Shown: piece after piece, positions 1 through 14,400 of the stretch | Numbering within the stretch: the first letter of the stretch is position 1 | How the letters are laid out: every line of letters begins with the position of its first letter | Assembly (NCBI GenBank): GCA_003344405.1 | Contig: NOWV01000176.1 | Location: 124,001 to 163,413 of the forward strand | DNA: 39,413 bases | Origin: Trichoplax sp. H2 | Taxonomy: Eukaryota | Reading direction: 5' to 3' | The notes under the pieces: generated by a model | What the model was told of the DNA's origin: nothing | The model's input: only the letters and a program-made list of their open reading frames with translations | The model's database searches: none | Made by a program: the position numbers and the translations under genes

Positions 1-520
1 CGAAAGGGTACGTGCAGATCAATTACTATTTAGTAGAAAGCTATAATAAAATTGTTTTTTACAGCTCTAGTTTGATCATTGGTAACAATAAAAAAAGATT
101 CCAAATACCTTACATGTGTATTTTTAATTTAAAAGTCATTAAGATAAGCTAAATTTATCGGCATTGACGTATTATTTCTCGCATGCTGACAGGTTATCCT
201 AAAATTATAGACGTTGAGAACTTAAGATTGCGTTATATAGCGTAGTCTTTCGTAGAAAAAATAAATAATGCTTACATTTAACTATCTTATCTAAATCACA
301 ATTATCTAAGTCGTAAATGAATTTTTTCTAGAATTATTTCGTAGATGCTGAATGTTATCTTAAAAATAACCTTATTGATATTACGGAACATACTACATAG
401 TATAATCGTTCTTATAGAGAAATTAAATATTTTATTAATTTACTTATGCTATCTCGACGAAAGTTACCTATGCAATCAATAAACTATTTCTTGGGTTATA
501 CAAAATACGAGAATAATTAC

Positions 521-661
521 CATCTCTCCCTACTAAGATATGTCCACTAGCTGGCATAACTCGACAGTCCTCGGTGTACATATCGATTACGTCTGATATG
601 CTTCCACTTTTATAGGCTTCCATAATCTTTTTATTTGATTCTTCAATATGGCGACGAATCT
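521..661 (-). CDS. Internal coding exon of a SnoaL-like / DUF4440 (NTF2-like fold) protein; remaining exons not resolved
   Basis: Translation EIRRHIEESNKKIMEAYKSGSISDVIDMYTEDCRVMPASGHILVGRD fits the DUF4440/SnoaL pattern (amphipathic helix, G-D/S-x-x-x-x-x-x-Y-T-E-D, M-P, G-R). It is bounded by acceptor TTACTTCAG (ends 662) and donor GTAATT (starts 520). Length 141 bp, phase 1 to phase 1. Confidence 0.6.
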
Positions 662-2334
662 CTGAAGTAAGTTGATTAATATCATTACAAAAATTATAAA
701 AGTTACTATACAATTTATTCTCTTACTATCAAGCGATACACGATTATTATAGGCAATTATGACGATATCACGAATTTGTCTTAAGATGTATTTCAAGGCT
801 TGTGTGCACGTAATAAATCAATTTCAATTTCCGAGCTACGACGGAGCATTTATCATCAGAGCTAAAACTATTTTACCTAACTACTTGGATTGAGTCGAAA
901 AATTTCAGTTTGATGATATATTATATCTATCGAAGGAGGAATGGAAATAGGTTTTGAAAAATTAATCCCCCAAACTATGAAATATGAATGAGACCATTTT
1001 TCAACTAATTATTATTATCATAGCCCTTAACATAAAGCCAGCCAGAATATACTATAATTTAAGCTAACATACGAATTGTAACAGCTAGTGATTAGTCTAT
1101 TTTTCGTAAATTTATGGATAGTACATTCGTACTGGCTTGATTTGAAATGTACCGGTAAGTATTCATTTCCAAATAGCGACTCAATAATTTATTAAATACC
1201 GTATAAGCGAACTCAAGCCCAATGACAGCAGTTAATTTAAGACAATGATTGAAATTTCAATTTCTCGTAAAGTTAGACTATATATCTTTGTTTACCTTTT
1301 AAATACCCATTAGCTTAATTATTTAATAGCTCGGTATTAGTCCTTATATGTCAATAATGTAGACAAATGTTAGGTAAAGATTCTAGTCCTTCAAGTTAGG
1401 CTTTATATGATCATTCACACTTGAAATTTTTGATCGCTAAAATGTTCAGCAGATGAATATCAAAGTATGTCTCATTCGAACAAATAAGTGAGACAATTAT
1501 AGTTCTATAATTATGATTGTTAATAAGTTGTTCCCTATATCATCCATTTAGATCTAGAAAACCCGATAGCATAAATGTTCAATGCCTTAAAATGGATATT
1601 TGCCTTATACAAATAGTGTAGGCAAATGCTAGACAAATACGCTATTTCTGGTAAAGATCGCTTAAATAGTATCATTTATACCTAAATTATCCTGGTCATT
1701 ATTCTAAGTTTGATGTTTTACTAGCTGTTTCTCAAAACTACTAGTAGTACTTCTATCCAATTAAATACCTGCTGTAGTACATATTAACTACCTTAAGTGA
1801 TTGCAGTCATGGAATTGTTAGGCACTAATTATAATTAGTTAGTTATCCTCTTGAAATCAAATAATAAAATTTCCTCATAAGCATTGAAAACTTCTGGCCA
1901 TATTGCTAAGTATTTCTAATTCGCAAAAACTGCGTATGTAGGAGAAAATGTTTAAATTTTCTTTTAATTTTCTTGTTACTATATTGAATTGTAAAATAGC
2001 GGTATCTACTCCCACCTTTTCCTTTGCCATACATAATGTACACCCTGACAGCTTAATTTAAAGAGTAGAATAAACCACAGTTGATACAATATCGTTGGAT
2101 AATACCCTTACTGTCAGCAGCTGTCAATAGACGATCTAGTGATAATCGTTGACTATTCATCAAGTCATGGTGTATCATTAATGCTATATCTGTTATTAAT
2201 AAAAGGTAAGAACTTCGGTTATGAGTGGCAGCCATTATGTTTGCAGTAGAGTCGTATGAAATAATTCATTAAAATGATATTATTCGATAGCCAAGAGTAA
2301 GAGTTTTGGTTTACATTGGTTGTATTTTAAAACT

Positions 2335-2700
2335 TGGATAGGAAATGGTAGAAAATTTCACTATAAGAAATTCTTGTGAAAGTTGCAGGTGCAATATACT
2401 TTTCTATAGCGCTATAGATGGTAATTTAATTTTTAGATACTGGTGCTATACTACAGCCTATAGCAAAAAATTTTGCTAAAAGAAATCGTTATGAAGGTAA
2501 TCAATATAGTCTAATTTCCTATAGCGATAGATGGCGATTACATTCTTAGATACGGGTGCAGTAGCCAATGATGGAAACTCCTGTGAAGAGAATTCGCTGT
2601 AAAGGTTATCGGTCTAGTATAATTTTCCATAATAACTGATAGCAACTAGATTGTTAAATAGTACAAGGCGAAACTTCTGCTAAGAGAAATCGGTCGTTTT
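2335..2700. repeat. Diverged tandem repeat, about 110-bp unit, 3-4 copies
   Basis: Recurrent blocks tatagcg(ct)atagatgg..ttagatac.ggtgc..aaa.tt.tgctaa.agaaatcg near 2405, 2520 and 2630. Confidence 0.6.
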
Positions 2701-2759
2701 GAATAGTTTACTTTTCTTGTAGTCCTCTGTCATGTTTGAGCGATAGCAATACATTGAAC

Positions 2760-5010
2760 AGCAAGCTGCTATTTTACGTCCGAATAATGTTTTAATCCAG
2801 TCAATAGTAAAAAGCTATAGTTGGACGATAGTATACTTTTTATTATACAGAGTAATAAATGAGAAGTTTTGGATAGGCGATCAAGAGGATCGAAATTATA
2901 CATTAAGCTGAATAGATTATTTCGACTGGATATGAACTCTGTATAACTTCTCATCTTCAATAAAAGGACATCATTTGAACTTGAAAAGTTTGTTAGAATA
3001 TCGACACTAACAACGTTTACAACACAAACTTTGCATTGAGCAAAGGCAATCAAAAATAAAAGTAGTACACTTGTCCATGATTAGACAGTATAGGCGGAGA
3101 GGGGATAGTTTAGCGGGCTATTAAAAATCACGGGACAGCATAACGGATAACGATATCATGTTAAATATAAGCAACGAAACTGGACACTAGAACTTAACGG
3201 CTGGTAGAACATCAATAAAATCCATTGCAATAAATCCTAAACGGTAGCTCTACATAATTTGAAGCCTATTTTATTTTTACATTTGTACTTATTAGGACAA
3301 TAATGGTCAATAAAATCAGAATGAAACATTGATGAGAGATTCACTGCTTTTTTTATAGTGTAATAATATCAAAAGCAATGATAATGTCGATTAGGTACTA
3401 AATTGAAAATGATAATGCAATCAATTCTACCCCTATCCTTGAAATCTTGTCATGAATAACTTTACTCACGGAATAGAAGACATTCTGTTCAAGGATTTTT
3501 CACCTACTATAGCATGTAATTAGATTTACTGCTGTAGAAATTGGCTTTTAATCCCGTTCGCTAATCTACAAAATTTCACTCTGGCTATCCATGTCGAAGC
3601 ATAGACATTAGAAAACGCCATCATTCACATTAGATGATGCTGTTCTAATCGTTAGGAAAAGGAAAAATTTTCTCCTTAACTATAAATGTTTAAGCCTGAA
3701 ACAGTAGAATGCATCATCATTACCATTGGATGATGTTGTTCTAATTTAGATACCTATGCTGTCAAATCGTCCAGAAGAAATAAAGCTTTCTCCCTAATTA
3801 CATTTATAGTTACATTTGTTCAAGCATGGATAGTAGTATACATCGTAGTTAACATTGGATAGCGCTGTTCTAATTTTAATGCCTTTACTTTCAAATTGCT
3901 GTGAAAATGAGAAAATTTCTCCCTCGTTATCAATATTCAACCATAGACAATAGAATACATCATCACTAACATGAGATGATATTTTTATAATTTGGAAGTC
4001 TTTGCTGTCAAATCATCGTGAAGATAAAAAGCTTTCTCCCTCTTTAAAACTATTCAAGCATGAATAGTAGAATACATCATCAACTTTCTCCCTAATTATA
4101 GATATAAATATTCAAGCATGGGCTGTAGATTACATCATCATTAACATTAGACGATGCTGTTCTTATTTGGATACCTTTGCTGTCAAATCGTCGAGACGAA
4201 GAAAAACTTTCTCCCATGTTTTTATAACTATTCAAGCATGGACAATAGAATACACCATCATTACGGCAACATGGAACGATGCTATTATAATTTGCATGTC
4301 TGTGAAATCGTAGTGAAGAGGAAAAAAAATTTCTCTGTTGTAATACGTTAAGAGTATCATTGATAATTAATAGACATAACTAGTATAATTTATATTTGAT
4401 AATGATTTCGAAATTTATTACCGAAAAATTTCCGTTCTAGTCATTTTACTCCATAAAGAAAGTAAGTCATGCTTGAAATTAATGCATAAAACTACAATTA
4501 TTAGCTATAGAATAGCTAGGATTGCACAGTTATTAATATCAAATAATAATCTTCTATTGATTTCTAGTTTGAAGTGGCTTTGCAAGGCATTAATTAATAA
4601 GAAAAAATGAAGACACTGAAAATAAAATTAGAAACCTATAGTGTAGTAATAACTGTCCAAAGTAATCCTAATGATGGGTGAAAATTGCCAACTCGGTCTA
4701 GAAGAGTCTGGCAATCACAATAAGTGTAGAAAATTGGCTGTTCTTATGTCACTCTTTGAGAGTCAATTGGTGTCGGAGATCCAGGATAACATAGGAAGTA
4801 ATCGTTGCTATCATGTCTCCATAGTCTTCCACGATATTGTGATAATTGATCTTGAATGTGTAGTAAATGTATACAACAGAATGCAACATGGATAAAAGTT
4901 ATTTTTTATTGCCATTTGTTCACAGAATAATGAATTGTCATTCTTGACATCCAAATCATGATCATAGAACAATACTGTGTATCTGTCATCCTCTATATCC
5001 GATACTATCG
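2760..5010 (-). pseudogene. Decayed BTB-BACK-Kelch (KLHL-like) gene copy K1, interrupted by a tandem repeat array
   Basis: Minus-strand fragments in the expected domain order. BTB-like: SDI..FYDH..NSLFCEQM and MLHSVVYIYYTFKINYHNIVED..SYVILDLRHQ (4640-5010). BACK-like: LEQNVFYSVSKVIHDKISRIGVELI (about 3420-3495). Kelch-like: LMYNFDPLD (about 2880-2905). Stops and frameshifts occur throughout. Recognised by eye only. Confidence 0.5.
3590..4345. repeat. Diverged tandem repeat, about 115-bp unit, 6-7 copies
   Basis: Repeated core ttctccct..attcaagcatgga..gtagaatacatcatcattaacatt.gatgatgctgttctaattt.gataccttt gctgtcaaatcgtc. Confidence 0.85.
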
Positions 5011-5779
5011 TGATTGGAAAATGAAATTAACTTTTAAATAAGGGATCCATAGTGGAATGATTAAGAGAGAATGATGGAAAATTCTTATAATCTATCGTAA
5101 TCACTGATTTACAGTTGTAAAGAATTACAATTGGACATGATATAGTATTGCATTATTAATTTAAGTATAAGGAGAAATGACAGCTATAGATTGGAAAATC
5201 GGATAGGCGATTACCAGCTGCCTGCATCGCTTTGAAGATTGCACAATGTCCCAGTAGACTAGCTTTCAAGAGGGAATCGTTTATCGTTAAAAGAATCTTA
5301 TTCCTATCTTGTTAACGTAATTGAATACTTTTTGGTCCTATTTTCTCATCATCGATGACTTTATCTTGTTTTGATAAAGTCAAATTTTGACTGTTTCCAT
5401 CTAGTCTACAAAAAGTTTGTAGTTAATTTACTCTAGGCTCTTCTTACGATGATCCAATTCATGAACGAAAGTAGTCTAGTAATAGCAAAATGGAGCCAAA
5501 AACTAGAAGAAGCAGTCTAAGAAAGACCATGATAAGATCGCTCCTATCAATCAAGTAATTAGTCTAACTTGTAGGCTATTTCATCGTGATTCAATCCGCT
5601 CACGAAAGCCATCTAGTCCATCTTATAGTCTATAGTAGGGCTAATAATTTGGTAAAGTAATTTAATAGCTAGATCTAGATCAAATTGTTTCTATCAAGCA
5701 AGCAATTATTTCAGTTTGTATAGTATTAGACTACATTTACTACTTCTAAATCCGTAAATAGAAGCGATCTAATGAACAT

Positions 5780-8130
5780 GAAGAAAGCCAAATACGATCC
5801 AGATTCCTTATCCACTTGGGCTAATTTTAACTTCATTTTACGAAGAGCAAACGATATGTTAGAAAGTAGCAATCCAACATTGGTCCAATTATCCTTAACA
5901 ACGCAGTATTAATGACTACTGTCCTATCGAATCAAATTTAATTTCGCCAAGACAAATGATATTGGTGCCTAAGCGCTAAATTAAGAAAATATTGTGCTCA
6001 ATTATCCGATGAATCAATACTGCATTTGGACGATTATCGATGGATAATTATAGAATAGCATTCAATTGATTGTGAAAGTAAATGATAAAAGCCGTACTCA
6101 AAGAACATTTTTCTATACAGTCTGATCAATATTGTGGTTAGTATTCAAGTATTTACACACTATTTAAGTTTATCAATCACTGCCATTGATCCATATTCAA
6201 TGATTACTAGTAAATGGTTACACTATCGTTGCAACTGATTTTTATGAGATTCTTTCATAATTTATCATATTAAGGAAAATAATAAACGGACATTCCCAGC
6301 AATGCGTACAAATATTACCTCATGTCCTTAGTAACTTTCAGACGTTGAATAAAGGCACTTGGCAAGCCAATAACCTATTCCAACTATCTTAATTCTAGCT
6401 CTACATCCCACTGTACTTTACTCAATATCGCCATCTTGAATAGCCATAGTGAGTCTAACGAATAATCATCATCCTACAATCAATTTCTCGGTTTGATGCC
6501 CATTCCAATCAATCCATACATTATTCCAGATTCAATTTATAAGCGAATAAACTATTCTAACTATCTTCATTTTAGCTAACACCCACTGTACAACAGTCAA
6601 ATGTCGCCATCTTGAATAAGTCAAAGTTAGTGTAATGTAACAAATAGACATGATACTATAATTATATACTATAATCAATTCTTCGGCTTGAAGGCCAGCC
6701 AAATTCAATTTATAAGCGAACTATTCCAACTATTTTCATTTTAGCTAACACCTTATATACAAGAGTCAATGTCGCCATTTTGAATAGTCAAAGTTACTGT
6801 AACTAATGGACACGATCCTATAATCAATTTCTAGGCTTGATAGCCAATTCAACCAATCTGTACACCATCTCACATTCAATATAAAGAAATAGCCATTAAT
6901 TGATTATATATAACTTTCCACTTTGCTATCGTTTCTGTTACTTTCTATTTCAACAAATCTTCCCTATCGATATTATAGGAAGTCAAAATTTTGATCTGCT
7001 CTAAAATAGTAGTCATCAAAACTCTTCATGAATATTGAGAAAATAAAAACTTGAATATTTTCTTCATCAAGAGAAAGAGATAACTATTTCAAGGCGGACA
7101 AATATTATGGTGGTATGCACCCTTTGCTTTGAACTCGATCTAGTGGGGCGATTAGGCGAAAGATGGGTTCCCATTTCACTTTAGCCTATTTTATCCATTT
7201 AAGAGAAGCAATTTGAAAGGATGCTCTTGAATTTATCGGTCTACTGTTCTTCTTTTGCATCAAATAAAAAACATGCTTAATATCGCTCTAACTCAAGACC
7301 TCAGAAACTATATTATAATACCATTAGAATAAATCGGCATATAAAATAAATAGACAGAAGTAAGTGTATGCATATAATTGCTGTAAACAAGAATAGAAAA
7401 GAGCTAAAAAAACATTTTAATCTCCTCCAACCTTCCATTTTGATGATTGATTGTCGATAGATAATGCAATGGTTGATAGTGTAGAAGCCAAAAGGTAAAA
7501 AGGCCAAAAATGAGCGATAAAATGCCAATTCAAAACTTTTATCAATCACTTCAAGTAAGGTAGCAGAAGATAAGATATCATCGATTGGACAATAAAATAG
7601 TAGATTACCTAGAATCTAGACAATATATATATCAATAATTTTAAGTTACTTTGCATTTGGTATGATTGAATTTATTCTATAGAATCATGCATCATAAACA
7701 CGTTAAGTTGCTTGAAAGCTATCAATAATTAAAGTTAACATAATATAATGGTCGCCAAGAATACTATTATATCCATTCTATATAGCTAACATCAAGTTAT
7801 TAATGATTGCTGATTAAGAAAGGCTTGACCATTTAAGATATATACAGGTGCATTTTTTAATTTTATTTTTCAATCACAATACTTATTATCACGTTGATAA
7901 AATAACCAAAGCTTAACCCTATTATCGTTATCGAATTGAATATCAACATAGCTGCAACAATTAAAGTCATTATAACAAAACACTTTTCCATCTCCATTAA
8001 AAGATAGACAATAGCTATGCAGAATGTCTTGATGAATATTATATAGTCAAATGATAGTGTTATGATCCAATTCACTCACTTTTCATCTGGTTTAGTCCAT
8101 GAAATTTTTAATTTAAAATTAAAATAAAAA
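5780..8130 (-). pseudogene. Decayed BTB-BACK-Kelch gene copy K2
   Basis: BTB-like: LYNIHQDILHSYC (about 8010-8045) and GNLLFYCPIDDILSSATLLEV..TINHCIIYRQ (7450-7608). BACK-like: PINSRASFQIASLKWIK*..CIPP*YL (7095-7240). Three Kelch-like units: NDSVTIY**SLNMDQW (about 6180-6230), LYRKMFFEYG..SQSIECYSIIIHR* (6035-6120), LGTNIICLG..YCVVKDNWTNVGLL (5865-5970). Multiple in-frame stops. Confidence 0.6.
6372..6892. repeat. Tandem repeat, about 175-bp unit, 3 copies
   Basis: Units start ctattc(c/t)aactat at about 6375, 6552 and 6721 and share tcgccat(c/t)ttgaata and aatcaatt blocks. Confidence 0.85.
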
Positions 8131-9849
8131 GGAAAGAATAACAGACAGTTACAAGGTAATTCAAGGACAAAAATGCAGTCAAGATTTTGAATACAGTCAC
8201 GCTCAATCAAGATGAATACTATATTGTACAGATTTAAATCAATAAATGCTGTATTGGTTAATTTGCTACTCTATACCATGGCTGATGGAATAGCAACGGA
8301 TTAATAAAAATCTTCAACCATAAAATGTATTAAAAATACTTACAAAACAAAGGATAGACTATACATAGCAATAAAAAAACTCTTTTCAATCATGTAGCCA
8401 AAAGTCGTCCATTTGAATATTCAATTCCATATTATTTTTGCTTTGTTTCATTTCTCACGAATTATTAATGTAATACTTCCTTTATTCTGGATAGGATTTA
8501 ATTTAAAAGATAAAAGCACAGACAATTTTCGTGAGAATTCACCAAAATCTCCTTTAAATTAAAATTTTTCACCTTGTCTCTAGAGGGTTAGCAACTCTTA
8601 ATGAACATGCAATAACTCAGATTTTAATATCGTTGTTAAAATGAATTACTATTGTAAAATAGAGTAATATAATAAACGAAATGACTCATTCTATACAATA
8701 TAGGCTACCCTATTTCATGGAATAAACTGAGTTAATGTAACTATGATGTCTTATTAATTCATCCTTCAGACATGGTAAAATGAAAAGAATTATTTTCTTT
8801 TCACTTTTGGATCAAGGAAGAGCCGGATGGTATATAAAATATTATTATTTATTTTTCTTTATTAATTCGTTGGCCGTATCCTTTCTTGAGATATTGATAT
8901 CCATTAACGTATACTATCTACTATCCCTTATTAATTATTGACTCTCGAATTGATTATTTTGATTAAAGAGAGAACTTACCATATGCAGATACTATTCCTA
9001 TTCAGCAACATTTACTTAAAGAATCATCAAGACAATTTACACCTTCAATTGAATAGTTCAATTTGCACCATGCAGACGTTTTATCTTTTAACCGAGATAT
9101 TGTTCTATTTTTATTTCTTTCTAGTATTAGTCGCATTAAATGTAAAATTCTTTTCATTTAAATATAATCTAAACGACATCATTTTAAATAAAGATAATCG
9201 CGGTACCATGCTATTATTTACTATCTATCTTTCATTATTAAACCGGAAATTTAAGCAATAACTTCATTACTATTTGTAGACAGATGTGCAAGTCTTCTGT
9301 CGTGGGCCTTATAATACACTTGGAATAATTAGCTAGAGATAGCCTACTTAGTTTATTAAAGTTAGAAACAATCATGAAGACCCAATTAATCAAACTTGAG
9401 GCATAATTGTTAAATTACTAAAAATCTATATTGCTCGACTAGTTTCGCAATTAGAGTCGGATTTACTAGCCAATACAGACTAGGCTTTGTAATTATATAA
9501 ATATATCAATCGCTTTGATAACAGCAGCTGGATGGATTAAAGATTTGCAGCTTTACATAAAAGATTGATATCAGTCAATGATTGAGTAGAAATATATTTT
9601 GGATACAATCATACTTCTTGTCCGCGGCTTCAATAACAGTAGCCGGGTAAAAATGTAACTCTAACTCTGAAATAAGCTTTAAAATTAATTGATATGCAGT
9701 TTTAACATAATCATGCATAATATTTATAACTATATTAATGGCCATAGGTACATCAAAAGTCGAAACTTACTAAATTTGAAACCGATCTTTAGTTCTCTGA
9801 AAGAATAAAAACTTTAGCATTTCCAAAATATCATAATTACACATTTACA

Positions 9850-11100
9850 GATTTAATCATAGTAACTGCGGTAGATAGATTCCAGCTGTTAGTTTATAAA
9901 TCAAATTTAACCTGATGAACGACATCGTTTTAACGATCTAAATAAGACTTTTTATTCTTTCATTCCGTTAGCAATAAGTCCTTTGACATAGGTATTGTGA
10001 TTCTACGGCTATACAACTTCACTCAAAGCAATATTTAATGCAGTTCCCACCTAATATTCTTCGTAATAAATGAAAATCCGTCGCAGTCTTAAGTTTATGG
10101 CTGTAGCAATAGTATCTAAAGTAGGATACAAACCTACATTTTAATGTATAAGAGTACGCGCCTTGAATTCAATTTGGATCTGCTACAAAATACAATTTTA
10201 ACAATTTCAAATAAATTCCTATACACTTTATAGTGTTATACGAGCTGGGATATGTGTTTTGTAAGGCCTTAAACCAATATTTGATCTTTAGTAAAAAATC
10301 GATAACTTTGATCATTACTGAAAGAATTTGTCATCCTAAATCTACAGTATAACTTCAGCAATGATTGCCAGATTCGTTACAAGTTGACCGCTTGAAAAGC
10401 TTTATCATCTTTAGTCGATTTTTTTGGAAAATATATTTATGACAATCAGAATTAGTCGTGTAACGCTTTCATTAATTCGGTATTAGTAGTAATAATTCAA
10501 TGGAACAATTAGTAATTACATTTAGTTTTATAACTTTTAAAGTTAATATTTTAGCTTTGTAAAAGACAGACTTAACTTGAGTAAAGACATTAATATTACT
10601 CGTGAGCTAAGAAAATTTGCTACCATAAAATAGGGCAATAGCTTTACAACTAATCGAATCAATATCTGATTTAATATGTCAAAGTATAGATCCAGCGGCT
10701 AAAATCAACATTTGATAATATTGGAAACTTTAGTATTCCAAATTTAAAAATTAATATACCTTGAATTCAAGGCGATACATAGTTTAACGTAATTAATTAA
10801 CTATCTCGACCCATGCATGATAAGATCCTTTCTAGGGATCTAGACATTGCAGTAGATTGGGTATATCTAATCTGTGTTATCTCTCCCTATACGCGCATTG
10901 ACAATATTGCCAAGGTAATGGCCTGCCACAAGAATGAAATAAATTCTTTCCATCTTTATTTTTTCGATATTGGAGGAAAATATCCGATTATATAGGATAC
11001 CAAACATTTGAATAAATTTACGACAGTTTACTGTACAAAGCGTGTTATAATTTGTATTTCGATTCAAGCCGTAGAAGCATTTAAATGCAACATCATTAAT
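9850..11100 (-). pseudogene. Decayed BTB-BACK-Kelch gene copy K3, just downstream of cyclase gene A
   Basis: ORF 10867-11067 reads ..TVNCRKFIQMFGILY..MERIYFILVAGHYLG, resembling the BTB C-terminal F..LL.Y.Y / V..LL.AADYL motif. BACK-like FLNLEY*SF lies at about 10725-10750 and Kelch-like VKFDL*TNSW at about 9882-9912. Confidence 0.45.
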
Positions 11101-11447
11101 TTAGTTTTAATAATGGTTCGGTTAATCGTGGGGTAAATGAAATTCTACTATAGAAAACTAGCTTTGTGATATGACCTCTAGGATTGAAAAATTTATAGTT
11201 CATAATTCTTACTACCGTAACATGTAATAAATACAAAAAATGAAAAGAGACTTATTTACTGAAATCTAAATAACTAAATGTTTGCTTAAATAATCAAATT
11301 GATGTATTTTAATCCTATCGGTTTATATCAAAGGTCTAATTCATTAAAGATCTTCGATATTTCGACTTTACTAGCTATAAATCGTAAAAAATATGTTCTT
11401 ACTCTACAGTTTGTACGTAAGCCATATACATAGTCCATTAATCTGAC

Positions 11448-14400
11448 TTATTCATGATTGTCCATTAATCGAGACGAGCCAGGTCCGCCATTTTTTGAGG
11501 AGCAGAAATTTCCTGGCTTTCCTCTCAATATAATGCCCAACAAAACGGCTACAAGTAGAGCAATAACCACCCCTTCTATAATAATTCCAATAATTAGTCC
11601 TGACTGATTGGGTTTGCTTGGATTTGTCGTGGTGCTATTATCGATGGCTAAGCGGCAATGAAAATTATTGGGATTTTTTGTGCATAAATGGTGTAGAACT
11701 GATCTGTTAATAGCGAAAAAATAAAACTTCTTTTTAGTATTAACTGTAACGCTTTAATAAACTTAGCTTATGATATTTGCATCAATCTTAAAAGAGGATA
11801 TGATTAGTGATCAAACTTGTCAAGTATTTATCCCATTAATAGATACAAATAGGGGAAATTGTAAAACTGTGATTATTTATCTATACTAACTGTGACCATA
11901 TGGACATTCGTCTAGGTTTAAATATCGAAATTAGTGGAAGTAGCACATTTAAAGTTGGCAGGAATAAACGTAAGTATGATCAAGTTATATGTCATTCCTT
12001 TCACTAATTCTAGTAAGCTATAATGTATAATTGATGCGATTCAGCAGTTCTTGTATACAATCATTGGGTCGTAATTACGCTAGACATACAAGTAGCCGAA
12101 TCACTACTATACGGATTTTACTTAAAATAATAACCAGCCCTATAAAAATTCTTTTAACTAAAAGTCGTAGGAAATTCTGTTTTACTTCGAATCTTTTACG
12201 ATTGATATTGGCGGTGTTGAAGAAAATTAGAAGCAAGCTCGTTATACTTACTTTGGATTATCTTGGCAACTCCAAGTAAAATTATGGCTTGTAAGGATGT
12301 TTTGTAGTTCCTTTATTGAACCTATACCGCATCGATCACTAAAGAAACGAAATAAATTTAATGACGATCATTTTTTTATTGTACTTGAGCAGTACAGAAA
12401 CAAAATAATCTATCCACGTTTACAAATTTATAAGTAGTGCTTAAACCACTCTATAAGAGAAAGACGAAGAAACAATATTTCAGACCGTTGTACTAACTCC
12501 TTCTAGCTAGCTCGGACATTGCTGCCCACGAATATTAGCAGACACTCTGATAGTCATATATTAGTTAATTCAGCTATAGTAGATTATTCATATAAATAAA
12601 AGCAATTCTACGACAACAGCCGATCAAATCTTAGCTGCTACGTTGTTCTTAGTGAAACCCCAAGTTATAAATAACATTTAAAATAAAAATTACTCCCGGA
12701 ATTAATATTTCTATATCACATGTTCTATCATTAATCTAAGGAATTAAGATGAACTCGAACTGAACATGGAGATCGTATCAAATCGATTCTACGTACTTGC
12801 TTAATATAAGTTATAATTCTACAATTTATACATTACATTTGATTAGGTTTACTGTTCAAGCCATGCATAACCATAATTTCCACTTTAGATACCTTCTGAG
12901 GAGATAAATTGGGTAATTCAATAGAACCAAATATGCTATATCATGTGAAATTGAATTAGTTGTGTATTAAAATTAGTCAGGAAGCTGTACCATTAAATAG
13001 CACTATTGTGCGCCAAAGTAATAATAATAAAAGGAGTACAGATTATTAATTACTAATAGAACTTAAAGAAATCTCTACAATAGGTTGGATTATCGATCCT
13101 GCTTGAACAATATCGGTTAGTAATTTTTATAATTAATAGCTTGTTTATAATCCTTCCATAATATCCTTATCGATATTTTGAAAGTTTACTACTGAGAGAA
13201 TTACTGTTGTACTACTACATTTCAAAGTTATTATAACAGTAATAAAAGTGATTTATTATTTGCAGAATTAACAAAATTTGTCCGTTAATTGAAAATTGCA
13301 TTGCAATCCAACTAAATCTTCTTATGCTAGATACCTTTGGTTATTGAAGGCAGGAGTCTTGTTATCACTCGTAAGCAAGACTCTTACAAGTCCACTTGCA
13401 CTTTTGGCAAACTGGTCATAATTAATTTAAAAATAGCGGAAAAATTTTAAATTATATTACGACAAATCTTCTCAACTGCAAGTATGAAGCATTTAAGTTG
13501 TAAAATATAATTAGAATACTGCAAGTGTAAAGATTGAATAGAATACAATTCTAATAAAAATCATAATTCAGTACAATAATAGCTAGAGATTAATCGTCTA
13601 GTGGTCATTATATTCGGCGACTCTTCATATTAAAAAAACCTCATTTCTAAATTAAAATTAACCACTAGTACGTTTAAATTATGTTCCATTCCAGAGACTA
13701 CTCAAAAGTCTACTTGTTTGATTTTAAAATTTTTCTATTCATTCATACTACATATTTATTTGTATAGAGTGTAACTGTAAGAAATACACACTTTAAGTTT
13801 ACTATTAGATTAATTAAATAGTGAATGATCTACCTCACGGGATGCTAGAGCCCAAAATGACAGCATATTCCTGTGACTACATCCCTGTGAATCATTACAG
13901 TATAGATAATTGATACCTTCGGACTGAGGAGTTGATTTAAATCGACCGCACCAGGTTAATTTATCTAGCAGAAATCTAGAGTATGAAAATATGAAGGGAA
14001 GAAATTTTAATTAATCTCCTATGATTCGGAAATATTTAGGATAGAATATAGATGATTTTCTTGAATTTCATTTACACTTGTAATTATTTATGCAAAGAAC
14101 AGTGATTTTCATACGCATTATTAATGACATCTTTTAATAACTCCTCTAAGATTATGTAATGTAATAGGTGTCTTGACTAAAGGATAGTCAATAAAATCAA
14201 GAATGATTAATCTCCAGCCAGTATAAAGATGATCTACTAACTCACATTTAATTTACTCCTAATATTTTATTATTGTCGACAAATATATTTATAAACAGAA
14301 TGCCAAATTTAGAATTAATCGATAAGCAGTTTTATCCTAGAACTTTTAGAAATGTGACGATATCAAAATTTAAGCCCATGTTGTTCTGTCAAGATAAATT

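Noticed and set aside
1850-2050. Possible second DUF4440 fragment (YIMYGKGK, KYLAIW)
   Set aside because: Only a 6-residue resemblance, with no coherent splice sites or continuation.
2769-3240. Possible rhodopsin-type GPCR remnant (YRY..C.P, hydrophobic segments)
   Set aside because: There is no NPxxY and the spacing is poor. The region lies downstream of BTB and BACK fragments and fits a Kelch remnant better.
3590-4345. Repeat array as a TPR/ankyrin coding region or CRISPR-like array
   Set aside because: Indels break the frame and no TPR or ankyrin consensus is visible. The units diverge throughout, without identical repeats separated by unique spacers, and the context is eukaryotic.
7313-8075. 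Hydrophobic ORFs as a membrane transporter (EamA-like)
   Set aside because: The hydrophobicity is explained by AT-rich codons, and BTB/BACK motifs in these and adjacent frames explain the region better.
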